DNA of 64,000 nucleotides from Podarcis tiliguerta (lineage: Eukaryota): assembly GCA_965153285.1 (NCBI GenBank), contig OZ229110.1; one strand, 5' to 3'. The notes under the pieces were generated by a model that was given only the letters and a program-made list of their open reading frames with translations, did no database searches and was not told where the DNA came from. Below, piece by piece: positions 1 through 11,704 of the stretch. The stretch's first letter is position 1; each line of letters opens with the position of its first letter. The translations under genes were made by a program, and so were the position numbers.

Positions 1-636
1 TCTAACATTGGCCACAGACCCAGATAACTGACAGAAGGGTCATTTGCCCCCACCCCCAACATAGCTATCTCAATAAAGAAGTTGAACACCTAGAACTATA
101 ATCTAAGTAATCCAATCATTACGCAACAAATTTAGTGAACCGAATGTATGGAGAGGGGTGGGAGGCAGACCAGCTGCAGTTTGTGCTGAACTAATCTCTA
201 AGTGTGTGAGAGAATGTAACAAGCAATCAGAAACAGTTAAGTCACATGGGCTTGGGGAAAATTAGAATGAGAGTGGAATTAGATTATTTCTACAGAGCAA
301 TTCAGTGGCCCTGCTGTACCAACAGCCAGTAATGCCTGCATCAAAATTCTATGTATCCCCAGCCAACAAAGGAGGTGCAAGACTGGTAAAGGAGGGGGGT
401 CATTTAACCCTCCCACACACTGAAAACACACACTAACAGTTTATGAGGTTATACCAACTATTTCCATCTCCACTAGAAAGGTGTGTACTAGCCATGTCCT
501 TGTCAATTACGCATTTGGGAGCAATTTGTGGAGCTGTATACAAATTTATGTACACAGGGCTTCTCCACACAAGGGAAATCTTGTCTGGCCAAGGCTTTCT
601 TGCGTAAAAGAGCTCTGCAGACATATTTCCCCTTCA

Positions 637-1024
637 CAGACCCTCCAAGTGTCCCTATTTTCCAGAGACAGTCCTGGATTTGCAGAAGCCATCCCAGTTT
701 CTGATTTGATCCCAGAAATCCCTGTTTCTCCTTCAGACGTCCCTATTTACGTCAGAGAAATGTTGGGTCATATGGAGTTATGCGACCCCTAAGCCAAGGA
801 GAAAAGTGACTATACAACCTTTAGAAGGCATCTGAAGGCAGCCCTGTTTTTATGTTTAATGTTTTACAATTTTATATATATATATATATAAAAGTTGGAA
901 GATGCCAGGAGTGGACAGGGCAGCCCGGTCAGATGGGCAGGGTATAAATAAAGTTGTTGTTGTTGTTGTTGTTGTTGTTGAATAGGATGCCCCTATTTTC
1001 ATTGGAGAAATGTTGGAGGATATG
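637..1024. mobile_element. Composite non-autonomous DNA element (MITE-like) enclosing an L2 3' tail
   Basis: Ends CAGACCCTCCAA...TTGGAGGATATG are imperfect inverted repeats. The right-end motif occurs twice (~736-774 and ~985-1024), and between them lies an L2 3'UTR (tttagaaggcatctgaaggcagccctg...ggtataaataaa) plus (GTT)n. Confidence 0.5.
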
Positions 1025-1370
1025 CGTTCATACTGCCACTGAATGCACATCTGGTGGGAGACACAGATGGTGTGTGCTTCATCACTACCCCAAGGCACCT
1101 AATGCATTCTTTCAATGCACTAGGGGTTCTTATGAACCTCCTGTAGAAAAAATATAATGTAACAAAACTGACAAACACACTCAAAGCTTCTGACATCACA
1201 CTACCACTGCCTGCTAATTAGTGTTGCATGCTGACGACACCCTCCACACTAGCCATGTGCAGAGGATCTATTCAACACTTGGCAGACAGATACCAACATC
1301 TGGGCTTCTTTGTGATAAACACCCCTGCAAAACCCATATTGGGGCTAAAGGCTTTGAAATCCTTAAACTT

Positions 1371-1559
1371 ACACACACACACACACACACACACACTGCT
1401 TTTTTCTTTAAAAAATGTTTAGGGGTATTTTGACTCAAGAAAATCACCATTTTGTAGTTCAAATCGGGGAAAATAAATACAGTAAATGGACAAGTACAAA
1501 GATTCACAAAACGTTTAGGGGTATGCATACCCCTGCATACCACTCCCCCCCAGAAAAAA

Positions 1560-1609
<50 letters not shown>
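1371..1609. mobile_element. MITE-like element with inverted (AC)n/(GT)n-extended termini
   Basis: (AC)13-TGCTTTTTTCT at 1371-1407 is the exact reverse complement of AGAAAAAAGCA-(GT)13 at 1552-1588. Confidence 0.5.
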
Positions 1610-1610
<1 letters not shown>

Positions 1611-1710
1611 TTGACAGTGGAATCATCAAATGGTAAAGAAAGAATTTCCAGATACAGAGGAAGGCACGGGATGTCTACCAGGATAGTGTACAATTAATAA
1701 TGTACAATAG

Positions 1711-2070
1711 TGTGGCCTAAACCACTGAGCCTCTTGGGCTTGCCGATCAGAAGGTTGGCAGTTCAAATCCACATGACAAGATGAGCTCCCATTGCTCTGT
1801 CCCAGCTTCTGCCAACCTAACAGTTCGAAAGCACGCCAGTGCAAGTGGATAAACAGGTACTGCTGTGGTGGGAAGGTAAACAGCATTTCACTGCGCTCTG
1901 GCACTCATCACGGTGTCCTGTTGCACCAGAAACTGTTTATTCATGCTGGCCACATGATGCGGAAAGATGTCTGTGGACAAACGCTGGCTCCCTTGGCCTG
2001 AAAAGCGAGATGAGCATCCCACAGTCACCTTTAACTGGACTTAACCATCCATGGGTCCTTTACCTTTACC
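1711..2070 (+). mobile_element. Sauria SINE (diverged)
   Basis: tRNA-like head (taaaccactgagcc...gttcaaatcc), conserved body and (ACCTTT)n tail; homologous to 9019-9369. Confidence 0.85.
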
Positions 2071-2074
2071 ATTA

Positions 2075-2400
2075 CCTAATGAATAAGCTATCTGAAAATG
2101 CAGGGCCAGTGATTCACACAACACTAAGGAAGCCTAAAGTAGAAAAGGAACTCTGTTGTATGGAGCAATTAGGAATAGTTGAACCAGTGGAAGAATCATC
2201 CAAGAGGGTCAGTTTAGTAAAGTACATACCAAGGCCTCATCTCCTAACAGAAATGCGTGTGGATGCCACAAACATGTTTTCTATAATAATTAATAGTAAA
2301 TCCAAATGAAGCAATTATCTGGATGCATTATTTTTAAAAGCTCTAGGGTTACTGCTGTAACTGGAAGTAAATCAGGATTAGAGGGGATAATGAAAGAATA
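2075..2400 (+). mobile_element. Highly degenerate Gypsy/Ty3 pol (RT N-terminal) fragment
   Basis: LSENAGPVIHTTLRKPKVEKELCCMEQLGIVEPVEESSKRVSLV resembles the Gypsy RT consensus P-V...V-x-x-EL-x-x-M-x-x-x-G-I/V-I-E-P-V...W-V-S-P. Confidence 0.55.
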
Positions 2401-3266
2401 AGATTAAAATGCTGCAAGTGCAAGGGGTTGATAATATAAATCCACCCAGAATTGCACAAATGTTAGAGTGAAAATAAGCAAGAAGACGTACTTTTAAAAG
2501 AATCCATTTCTGGTTTGCAATTTCAGTAGTGTAGTATGATTCATTCCTCAATCAAAGATGAGAGCTCTTTTGAGAAAGGGGTTGGATTTTTTTAATATAA
2601 ACCCCCCCCCCGATATGTTCCCTACAAATTAGAATAGCAAAATGATACTTCAGTTCTGAAAACATAAAATAAACCTACTGTCAACAGCCATATAATTTCT
2701 TAAGATTACATGTGCGGAAGACTGAAAAACTAGAAGACCTGCTTTATTTCAGAGTTTTTCAAGTGACAGCTATTGAAATCCTAGTTAGAACGCATCAAAA
2801 TATTTATCCCACAGAAATTTCCAAAATAGAGTATTCTGTTCAATACAGGGATTTTATTATTTCTTTAGTTTTTGTTATTTAGATTTGTACATCCCGTACT
2901 CCTCCAAATGAGTATAATTCTCCTGAAGACTCTTTAATCTAACATAAAGAATGTCTGCCTTCCCCAAGTGGTGCCCTCTAGATTATTTGGACAATGATTC
3001 ACACCAGCCCTAACCGCTGGCTGATGGGAGTTGTGGTCCAGAACATCAGGAAAGCAGCAGGCCAGCCAAAGCTGGGGCAAGTGTTAAATGACTTTTATTT
3101 CCCTTTTTCCTTCATACTTGAAAGCCTTGTTTGCGTTTCTCAGCTAAGGAAATAGTTCAGAAAATTGGTTATTTTAAATTCATACTCCCTGCCTTTTTCA
3201 CGAGCAAACTGGGGATCACATGATATCGCTTAGATAACAGAACCGCTTCTTATTGTTACTGCAATT

Positions 3267-3445
3267 TAGAATCATAGAATCATAGAATCATAGAGTTGGA
3301 AGAGACCACAAGGGCCATCGAGTCCAACCCCCTGCCAAGCAGGAAACACCATCAGAGCACTCCTGACATATGGTTGTCAAGCCTCTGCTTAAAAACCTCC
3401 AAAGAAGGAGACTCCACCACACTCCTTGGCAGCAAATTCCACTGT
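3267..3445 (-). mobile_element. Young CR1 LINE 3' end, 5'-truncated
   Basis: (ATTCTATG)n tail on the minus strand; about 1 mismatch to 20172-20346. Confidence 0.9.
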
Positions 3446-3855
3446 TTCGGTTACTTTTACTTCTGAGTTTTATCGGTTGTAACCGCCCTGGGACATGCTG
3501 GTGAATAGTAGGTACGGTAATAAATTTAAGGATGATGGTGATAATAATAATAATAATATCCTTCAACACATTTTTACCACATGCTTACACAAGTGTTAAA
3601 GAACAGTAAAGGAATACATTTTTATGTGCATAGCACATCTAATCAGTATTAGTTATTGCAAGCATAGGGCATTGGGGTGATAGTTATTCAGAGCTAAATA
3701 ATCAAGAATACATGTGAAAATCACACTGTGGGAGCATCCATAGGTGGAAAAACCTGCTATACACATAATATGAAGTATCAGAAAAAGATGAAGACAGTGC
3801 ATCTGATTTGTTTTTCTCATGTGGTTCCTTATGGATTTTGCACTAAATTTGTTAG

Positions 3856-3947
3856 GTTGTTAACAGCTATTTTGGCTGCCTGGAGGTTTTGTGCTGGTGA
3901 TTATATGGCACAATATGCTTATTATAATATGATGTATAAAACACAAG
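3856..3947 (+). CDS. Internal coding exon of an unidentified gene (xLLTAILAAWRFCAGDYMAQYAYYNMMYKTQ)
   Basis: cactaaatttgttag| acceptor and AAG|gtaata donor. 92 nt with only one open frame (phase 2 in, phase 1 out), in non-repetitive sequence; joins in frame to 10242. Confidence 0.6.
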
Positions 3948-4334
3948 GTAATACTTGGACTCAGCAATATTTTCTAGAGTGTTAGTGAAAGTCTTATTGG
4001 AAATTGAACTGGGCAAAGACCAAGAAAGTTTCAGGAGATTACAATGCAATCCTGTGCATATTTACTCAGAAGTAACCACTTACTCAGAAGTGGTTAATTG
4101 GGTTTACTTTCAGGTAAGTGTGCATAGGATTGCTCCCTAAGATGTTTTAGCCACCTAAATCTTGGTGGGAAAATAATAAACATCATAGTATGACGTCACA
4201 CTGTATTTAGAAAGCCCTTTGACTTTGGTTTTAAAAACCAAACTGTCTAGGAAAAGCCAGCTTTGCAAAAATAAAATAATAACCTCCTGGTAATTCACAA
4301 TATAAAGGTATGAACAAGTCAAAGTTAGGAACTA

Positions 4335-4576
4335 CAGTGGTACCTCGGGTTACATACGCTTCAGGTTACATACGCTTCAGGTTACAGACTCCGCTAACCC
4401 AGAAATAGTTCCTCGGGTTAAGAACTTTGCTTCAGGATGAGAACAGAAATCGTGCTCCAGCGGTGCGGCAGCAACGGGAGGCCCCATTAGCTAAAGTGGT
4501 GCTTCAGGTTAAGAACAGTTTCAGGTTGAAAACGGACCTCCAGAATGAATTAAGTACCTAACCCGAAGTACCACTC
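4335..4576 (+). mobile_element. Tc1/pogo(Tigger)-type MITE, family A
   Basis: TIR CAGTGGTACCTCGGGTT, TA flanks; 8 related copies in the window. Confidence 0.85.
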
Positions 4577-4699
4577 TATAAATAAGTCCCATAGATTTCA
4601 ATAAAATGGCTAGACTATATTCCCAAACACATTTTTCAAAGAGTCATCCCACTGATCTCAGTGAGGTGTTCTTGAGTAAATGTGTCTAGAATTCAATAG

Positions 4700-4839
4700 T
4701 AATAATAATAATTTATTATTTATACCCCACCCATCTGGCTGGGTTTCCCCAGCCACTCTGGGCGGCTCCCAACCAAATATTTAAAACATGATACAGCATT
4801 AAACACTAAAAACTTCCCTAAACAGGGCTGCCTTCAGAT
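4700..4839 (-). mobile_element. L2-clade LINE 3' tail
   Basis: Reverse complement of the 3'UTR and (ATT)n tail seen at 7860-8023. Confidence 0.8.
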
Positions 4840-5829
4840 TAACCATAGTTAACCATGTAGCCCTATGCATGTCAATTAAGAAGTAAGTATTTCATGGCTA
4901 AACATGTTTATAACAGTGAAATCCGAAGTATGTTTACTCAGGCATCAATCTCCCCTGGGTCCATTTGCTCTTACTCCCATGTATGTGTACGTAGCATTGT
5001 AGCCAAACTCTCTCAGCTAAATTAACAGGGCTTAAATTTTGGTTGTTCATGCCCAGTTGCTATAAATGGATGTATTAATGAGAAATGTAGGGCTTCTGTA
5101 ATAATAAAGGGTACACCAGGTAGCTTTTCTGAAATCTCACTAGCTTTAAACATTTTTTTTTAATTGACAAAATACATAAGAAAATACCCATAGTGTGGCA
5201 ATTCCCAATTTCACATGCACCATTACCATGGAGTCCCAAAGAAACACATGCAGGATTGCAGCCTAAAGTGCTGAAGAGCCAACCCTCAAAAAGCACATGA
5301 ATACTTGGGTCTCCCACAGTTTATGCTTTTGGTTCTGGGGGCAAAGTGCTGGAGATCTCAAATTGCTGGAGCTGAATGCATGCAAGCATTCCTTAGCATC
5401 CTTTATGCCAGTGCTCTGCAGTTCCCAAGTGCATTCCTTTCCTCTGAGTCCTGGACCTCTAGCGCTCCAGGCTTCCTTGGTTTTTGTTTTGTTTTTAAGG
5501 CAGAACTTTAGGACCTGGCTCTGCCAAGCCTTCTGCTTCAATCGGCTCCCCAAAAGCCACTTCCTCTTAGCCACAACTTTGATAGGAAGCACAAGCAAGG
5601 GTGTTTCTCATGCAACATTGCCACCCGATCATCATTTTTATGATCTTATCCCATTCTGGGAGCTCTGTCCACAATTAGCAGAAAATATGTTATGCGTGGA
5701 GCTCGTCCAGGGTTTTTTTTTGTGAAGCCAGAACTGTGTGTGTCTGAGCAAACATAATATGCTGCCTACAGGAAAGAGCAGCCATAAGTAGGCTTCTTTT
5801 AAAAGTAATGGAAAATGTTAACAACCATC

Positions 5830-6141
5830 ATCTAAAGGGCTGTCACATGGAAGATGGAGCAAGCTGGTTTTCTCCCGCTCTGAAGGGTAGGACCCAAACC
5901 AATGGCTTCAAGTTACGAGAAAAGAGATTCCAACTAAACATTAGAAAGAACTTTCTGACAGTAAGAGCTGTTCAACAGTGGAACAGACTCCCTCAGAAGG
6001 TGGTAGATTCTCCTTCATTTGAGGATTTTAAGCAGAAGTTGGATGGCCATCTGTCATGTATGATCCAGTTGAGATTCCTGCACTGCAGGAGGTTGAGCTA
6101 AATGGTCCATGGGGTCCCTTCCAACTCTACACTTCTATGAT
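5830..6141 (+). mobile_element. Older CR1 3' fragment (a second CR1 tail follows at ~6209-6283)
   Basis: ORF LKGCHMEDGASWFS...RKNFLTVRAVQQWNRLP...FKQKLDGHL is the CR1 ORF2 C-terminus; ttctatga tail. Confidence 0.9.
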
Positions 6142-6294
6142 CATTCTGAATGTGATTGACTCTGATTGCAGTAGAGCAAGTCCTTGATTTGCCCCATGTT
6201 GAGCAAAAGGATTCCTGCATTTCAGGGGGTTGGACTAGATGACCCTCGTGGCTCCTTCCAACCCTACAATTCTATGATTCTATTATTATTTATG

Positions 6295-6743
6295 GGTCCG
6301 TATAGTTAAAGCTATGGTTTTCCCAGTAGTGATGTATGGAAGTGAGAGCTGGACCATAAAGAAGGCTGATCGCCAAAGAATTGATGCTTTTGAATTATAG
6401 TGTTGGAGGAGACTCTTGAGAGTCCCATGGACTGCAAGAAGATCAAACCACTCCATTCTTAAGGAAATCAGCCCTGAGTGCTCACTGGAAGGACAGAGCC
6501 TGAAGCTGAGGCGTCAATATTTTGGCCACCTCATGAGAAGAGAAGAGTCCCTGGGAAAGACCCTGATGCTGGGAAAGATTGGGGGCACAAGGAGAAGGGG
6601 ACGACAGAGGATGGACAGTGTTCTTGAAGCTACCAGCGTGAGTTTGACCAAACTGCGGGAGGCAGTGGAAGATAGGAGTGCCTGGCGTGCTCTGGTCCAT
6701 GGGGTCACGAAGAGTCGGACACGACTAAACGACTAAACAACAA
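6295..6743 (+). mobile_element. BovB (RTE) LINE 3' fragment
   Basis: VMYGSESWTIKKAD...RVPWTARRSN...LVHGVTKSRTRLND* with a (CAA)n tail; contains an in-frame stop. Confidence 0.92.
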
Positions 6744-6834
6744 AAATGATTATTTGAGTGAATGCTTGTTTACTTTGGACTAACTTAAGCAACACCAATC
6801 TCACCCTTCGCTTATAGCAGCTTGCTGTCCAACA

Positions 6835-7979
6835 TGTCTAGAGGGGCTGGGAGCTGGGGGCACTGTTATACAGTGGTTTCGCTCCTTCCTCCTGGGCCGT
6901 GTCCAGAAAGTGGTGGTGAGGGATGAGTGTTCAGACCCCTGGGCCTTCACTAGTGGGGTGCCTCAGGGTTCCGTCCTCTCCCCCATGCTTTTTAACATCT
7001 ACATGAAGCCGCTGGGAGAGATCATCAGGGGGATTTGACTGGGTGTCCATCAACATGCAGATGATACCCAGCTCTACCTCTCTTTCAAATCAGAACCAGT
7101 GAAGGTGGTGAAGGTGGTGAAGGTACTGTGTGAGTGCCTGGAGGCGGTTGGAGGATGGATGGCGGCTAATGGATTGAGGTTGAATCCTGACAAGACAGAA
7201 GTACTGTTCTTGGGGGACAGGAGGCAGCCTGGTGTGGAGGGTTCCCTGGTCCTGAATGGGGTAACTGTGCCCCTGAAGGACCAGGAGCGCAGCCTGAGAG
7301 TCATTTTGAACTCACAGCTGTCCATGGAGGCACAGGTCAATTCTGTATCCAGGGCAGCTGTCTACCAGCTCCACCTGGTATGCAGGCTGAGACCCTACCT
7401 GCCCGCAGACTTTCTCGCCAGAGTGGTGCACGCTCCAGTTATCTCCCGCTTGGACTACTGCAATGCGCTCTACATGGGGCTACCTTTGAAGGTGACCCGG
7501 AAGCTACAACTAATCCAGAGTGCGGCAGCTAGACTGGTGACTGGGGGCGGCCGCTGAGACCAAATAACACCGTTCTTGAAAGACCTACATTGGCTCCCGG
7601 TACATTTCCGAGCACAATTCAAAGTGTTGGTGTTGACCTTTAAAGCCCTAAACGGCCTCGGCCCAGTATACCTGAAGGAGCATCTCCACCCCCATTGTTC
7701 TGCCCAGACGCTGAGGTCCAGTGCCGAGGGCCTTCTGGAGGTTCCCTCACTGCGAGAAGCAAAGCTACAGGGAACCAGGCAGAGGGCCTTCTTGGTAGTG
7801 GCACCCGCCCTGTTGAACGCCCTCCCATCAGATGTCAAATCGATAAACAACTGTCTGACATTTAGAAGACATCTGAAGGGAAGCTTTTAATGTGTGACAT
7901 TTTAATGTATTTTTAATCTTTGTTGGAAGCTGCCCAGAGTGGCTGGGGAAACCCAGCCAGGTGGGCGGAGTACAAATAA

Positions 7980-8023
<44 letters not shown>
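6835..8023 (+). mobile_element. L2-clade LINE, 5'-truncated RT and 3' end
   Basis: GVPQGSVLSPMLFNIYM, HADDTQL, LNPDKTE, SRLDYCNAL and LHWLPV motifs with frameshifts and stops; (ATT)n tail. Confidence 0.92.
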
Positions 8024-8024
<1 letters not shown>

Positions 8025-9018
8025 TCCACACTGGAATAGCATGTCTAAATTGTGGCCTCTATGCATAAAATCTTGATGTTTCTACATGAGTAGGCTGTAA
8101 TTCAGATGTGCCATTCTTATGCTGATACATGGGAATGATGGAGGAGCAAGCAAGCAAAAATAACATGTAATAAACTAGAGAGAGGGGGGGGGGGTGTCAA
8201 AATATCAGTATTCTGTATATTGATATACAATAAATTACATTGATGAACCTAATAATAATAGTATGGTGCATGTATATATAAAAAGATATCAAAGGTTCAA
8301 ATACATTTAAAGGGTCTTCATCAAGAAGGATTTAAAAGCAAAAGTTGCACCCACAGGTTATTCTAAATCCCAACGTAAAGAAGTCTAATAGCATTTCTAA
8401 TGCCTACATCAGGTTACCAGCTGCTGTCATACATGAATAGATACAGGTCCATTCAATCAATGTGTAGAAAACATTAATGAACAAAGACACAGCCCCATGT
8501 GAGATCTGTTCCACATATACTACAGGAAAACACTGCGGGGGGGGGGGTTCCCCTCTGGTACTCCAAAATGTCTGCTACCCAAACAAAGGCACCAGCTTGC
8601 ACCAAAGATTGAGGGGGCTGGGTTGTGCACATGACATCACGCGGGTGGCTCAAGGCGGCATGTGATGTTTTGGGAAGAGACAACCCCTGCCAGCGATAGG
8701 CAAGCATTCATGCACTGGGTGGGGACAGGGCACAGATGGTGCTGTTCACCCTCTGCGCCCCCACCAGCGAGGGGCGAGTGCATGAAGGGTGAAAAGCACC
8801 ATCTGCACCCCATCCCAGTAGCGGCAGAGGCGGGACTGGACAAGCGCACCCCCACACACACCTGGGGCACATGCGCACGCACCCACCCTGGGCACCAGCA
8901 AACAGCGCTATGCCACTGTCCATATATCACCAGAAGTACAACAGCATCTGGAGAGCCACAGCTTCCCCACCCTTGCTTTGGAGACCACCACTAAAAGTGC
9001 TATATAGATTAGTGAATT

Positions 9019-9369
9019 GACGCTGGTGGCACTGTGGTCTAAACCACTGAGTCTAGGGCTTGCTGATCAGAAGGTTGGTGGTTTGAATCCCCATGATGGG
9101 GTGAGCTCCCGTTGCCCGGTCCCTGCTCCTGCCAACCTAGCAGTTCGAAAGCACCTCAAAGTGCAAGTAGATAAATAGGTACTGCTCCAGCGGGAAGGTA
9201 AACGGCGTTTCCGTGCGCTGCTCTGGTTCGCCAGAAGCGGCTCAGTCATGCTGGCCACATGAACCGGAAGCTGTACGCCGGCTCCCTCGGCCAATAAAGC
9301 GAGGTGAGCGCCACAACCCCAGAGTCAGTCATGACTGGACCTAATGGTCAGGGGTCCCTTTACCTTTAC
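9019..9369 (+). mobile_element. Sauria SINE, near full length
   Basis: Pol III box A/B-like head (ggtggcactgtgg, ggtttgaatcc), conserved body and ccctttacctttac tail. Confidence 0.9.
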
Positions 9370-10241
9370 ACAGAATATTGGGAGGGATTCAATGTAGTGC
9401 TAAGCAGATTGTCCCATCAGGCAAGCAGAAATGATTGCCCTGACAGAGCAATCTGCAGTCTCCTCCCCTCCACATGTTTTTCCCAGGGGTACTCCCACCC
9501 CACCAATCGGGGGTCCAGGGAGGGGAGATTTGGTGGAGGGAGCCCTATTTCACTAGCAGAGGTACTTGTGTGGCCTTCTGCTGGCAGGATTACTTAGCTG
9601 AATCCAGACCACTATGTTTTAGTTGTGCGTAACGACTATTGGCTTTATTATCTGACTGAGGTTAAACAAAAACAAAAAAATCTTCAGCTCATAGGCTATA
9701 GTATACATCAGTATCTTAAAAGGTGAGGGATAAAAAAACATCACGACTTGTGAATTCAGTATTATTGTTATTGTTTTAAAAAACATTGAAAAGTAGGGTA
9801 GAATAAATATGTAATTGAATTCTTTTTGATCTCATTAAGTAAAACGAAGTAATAAGAGTCATGAAGAATAACATTCTCTTGAAATGATTTCTCCACTTAG
9901 CAGACTTAAATGTTTGTCTGTCTTTTGGAGCACACCAAAACTTGTTATAGAGTTGGCCATAACAAAATTCCTCTATGAATGGCTGGACCTACTTTAACAT
10001 CCAAATCAGTCAGTCTGTAGGTGGCAATTTGATTTTGGCACTGCTACTCTAGATAAAAATAAAACACTAATTAAAATATATATTTAAAGAAGCCAGGGTA
10101 TTTTTTTAAAAAAAGTTTTCCTATAATATAAACTAGTGTGCATGCATTCAGCTCCTGCACTAATGCTGGCAATTTCTTTCATTTTTAATCTCAAGAGATT
10201 TTTAAACATCAAAGGTTCAAACAAACTGTTTTTTCTTGCAG

Positions 10242-10327
10242 ATGTGGAGGAAAGGTGGTCTTTGCGACAACCTCTGGGAGGAATAAAAATGCTGCGCATG
10301 GATATTTTCTCCGGAATTGCGGACTAA
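10242..10327 (+). CDS. Terminal coding exon of an unidentified gene (DVEERWSLRQPLGGIKMLRMDIFSGIAD*)
   Basis: Strong acceptor tgttttttcttgcag|. Phase 1 fits exon 3856-3947 (G|AT = Asp). Retains CpGs in AT-rich surroundings; TAA is followed by AT-rich UTR-like sequence with AATAAA. Confidence 0.6.
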
Positions 10328-10567
10328 ATCTACCTTGAAGGAGCTTATGTTTTGACTTTGTGTAAACACCTTTCAAGGGAATTACCAATTTATTTACATA
10401 AAGCTATAAAAAGATGAACTGTTTCACTGCCACTTTATTAAGAACTTGTGGTATAAATTAATGGAAAGCTTCCAAGTGACAGCCATTGCCATTATTTATT
10501 TATTTAACAAAATTTATACACTGCTTGATTTTTTTTTATTTAAAAAAAACACACAGTTTACCAAGAG

Positions 10568-10573
10568 AATAAA
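10568..10573 (+). terminator. Candidate poly(A) signal of the upstream gene
   Basis: AATAAA ~240 nt after the stop at 10327. Confidence 0.35.
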
Positions 10574-11183
10574 CCTTAACATTATCAGTAAAATATTTAA
10601 AAGCAGCTATTAAAAACATTTTTTTTTAAAAAATGAAATCAGCAGTAAACTAAAAGCAGATTAAAACATCCATCAACATTCTACAAGTTTAGTTTGCGTA
10701 TATCATTAGTTGGGGAAATGACATAAAAAGCAACTATAAGATCACCGACAAACATTTTAGAAGCCTTGGGAATCTTCCAGTGAACCAATGATAGCGCGGT
10801 GGGGGGAAGCAGCAAGCCTAAATGCTGACATTTTACAGTGGCTTCAGATTGTTTACGTTTCAGAAACATCTCTCAGCGCTTTAATAACCCCCAGGCATTC
10901 CTTTTACAGGTCAAAAAAGCAGCTTTGCCCAGGAAAAGCATCCAGTAAAACATAGAGTAAAATACTGAACTAATCTTTAGGAAGACTTCTTTCCAGCCTG
11001 TACCTAGTGATATAAGTATCGGGTTTCTGCTTCTGTTGGCTCTGCTAGCCACCATAAGAAATTCGAGAGCTTCCCTTTGCCGTGGATTTGTCCAAAGGAT
11101 ATAGGGAGACAGCAGCGTTTTCCAGACTAAGTGTAGGCCCATACTGCATCTTTATCGGTTGAAAAGCAGTAGTAACAACAGCA

Positions 11184-11377
11184 CAGAGGTACCTCAGGTT
11201 ACAGACTCCGCTAACCCAGAAATAGTACATCGGGTTAAGAACTTTGCTTCAGGGTGAGAACAGAAATCGTGCTCCGGCGGAGCAGCGGCAGCTAGAGGCC
11301 CCATTAGCTAAAGTGGTGCTTTCAGGTTAAGAACGGACCTCCAGAGTGAATTAAGTACGTAACCAGAGGTACCACTG
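11184..11377 (+). mobile_element. Family A MITE (internally deleted)
   Basis: CAGAGGTACCTC...GAGGTACCACTG-TA; body matches 4335-4576. Confidence 0.85.
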
Positions 11378-11452
11378 TATACATTACAGGGCTTGAGCTG
11401 TACGGTGTACAGCAGTAGATTTTGCATAGAAGACCTAATCAGGAAAATGTTA

Positions 11453-11704
11453 CAGTGGTACCTCTGGATGCGAACAGGATTCGTTTGGGAGCCCGGTTCG
11501 CATCCAGAAGCGAATGCAACCTGCGTCTGCGTGTGCGCGGGTCGTGATTCGCCACTTCCGCACATGCGCGTGATGTCATTTTGACCGTCTGCACATGCGT
11601 GAGCAGCAAAACCCAGAAGTAACACACTCCGTTACTTCCGGGTTGCCGCAGCGCGTAACCCAAAAATACTTATCCCGAAGCTACTTCAACCCGAGGTCTG
11701 ACTG
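11453..11704. mobile_element. Related Tc1/pogo-type MITE with a different interior
   Basis: TA-CAGTGGTACCTC...GAGGTCTGACTG-TA. Confidence 0.75.

Noticed and set aside
296-384. Possible exon (tttctacag|...CTG|gtaaag) of the upstream gene
   Set aside because: Its open frames end in phase 0 or 1, not the phase 2 needed to join 3856, and the peptide is unrecognisable.
2753-2830. Phase-compatible candidate exon VFQVTAIEILVRTHQNIYPTEISKI
   Set aside because: Acceptor is good but the donor (AGA|gtattc) is weak; not supportable without RNA data.
8474-8994. Cluster of overlapping ORFs in a GC-rich patch
   Set aside because: No recognisable protein or splice structure; looks like decayed DNA-transposon interior.
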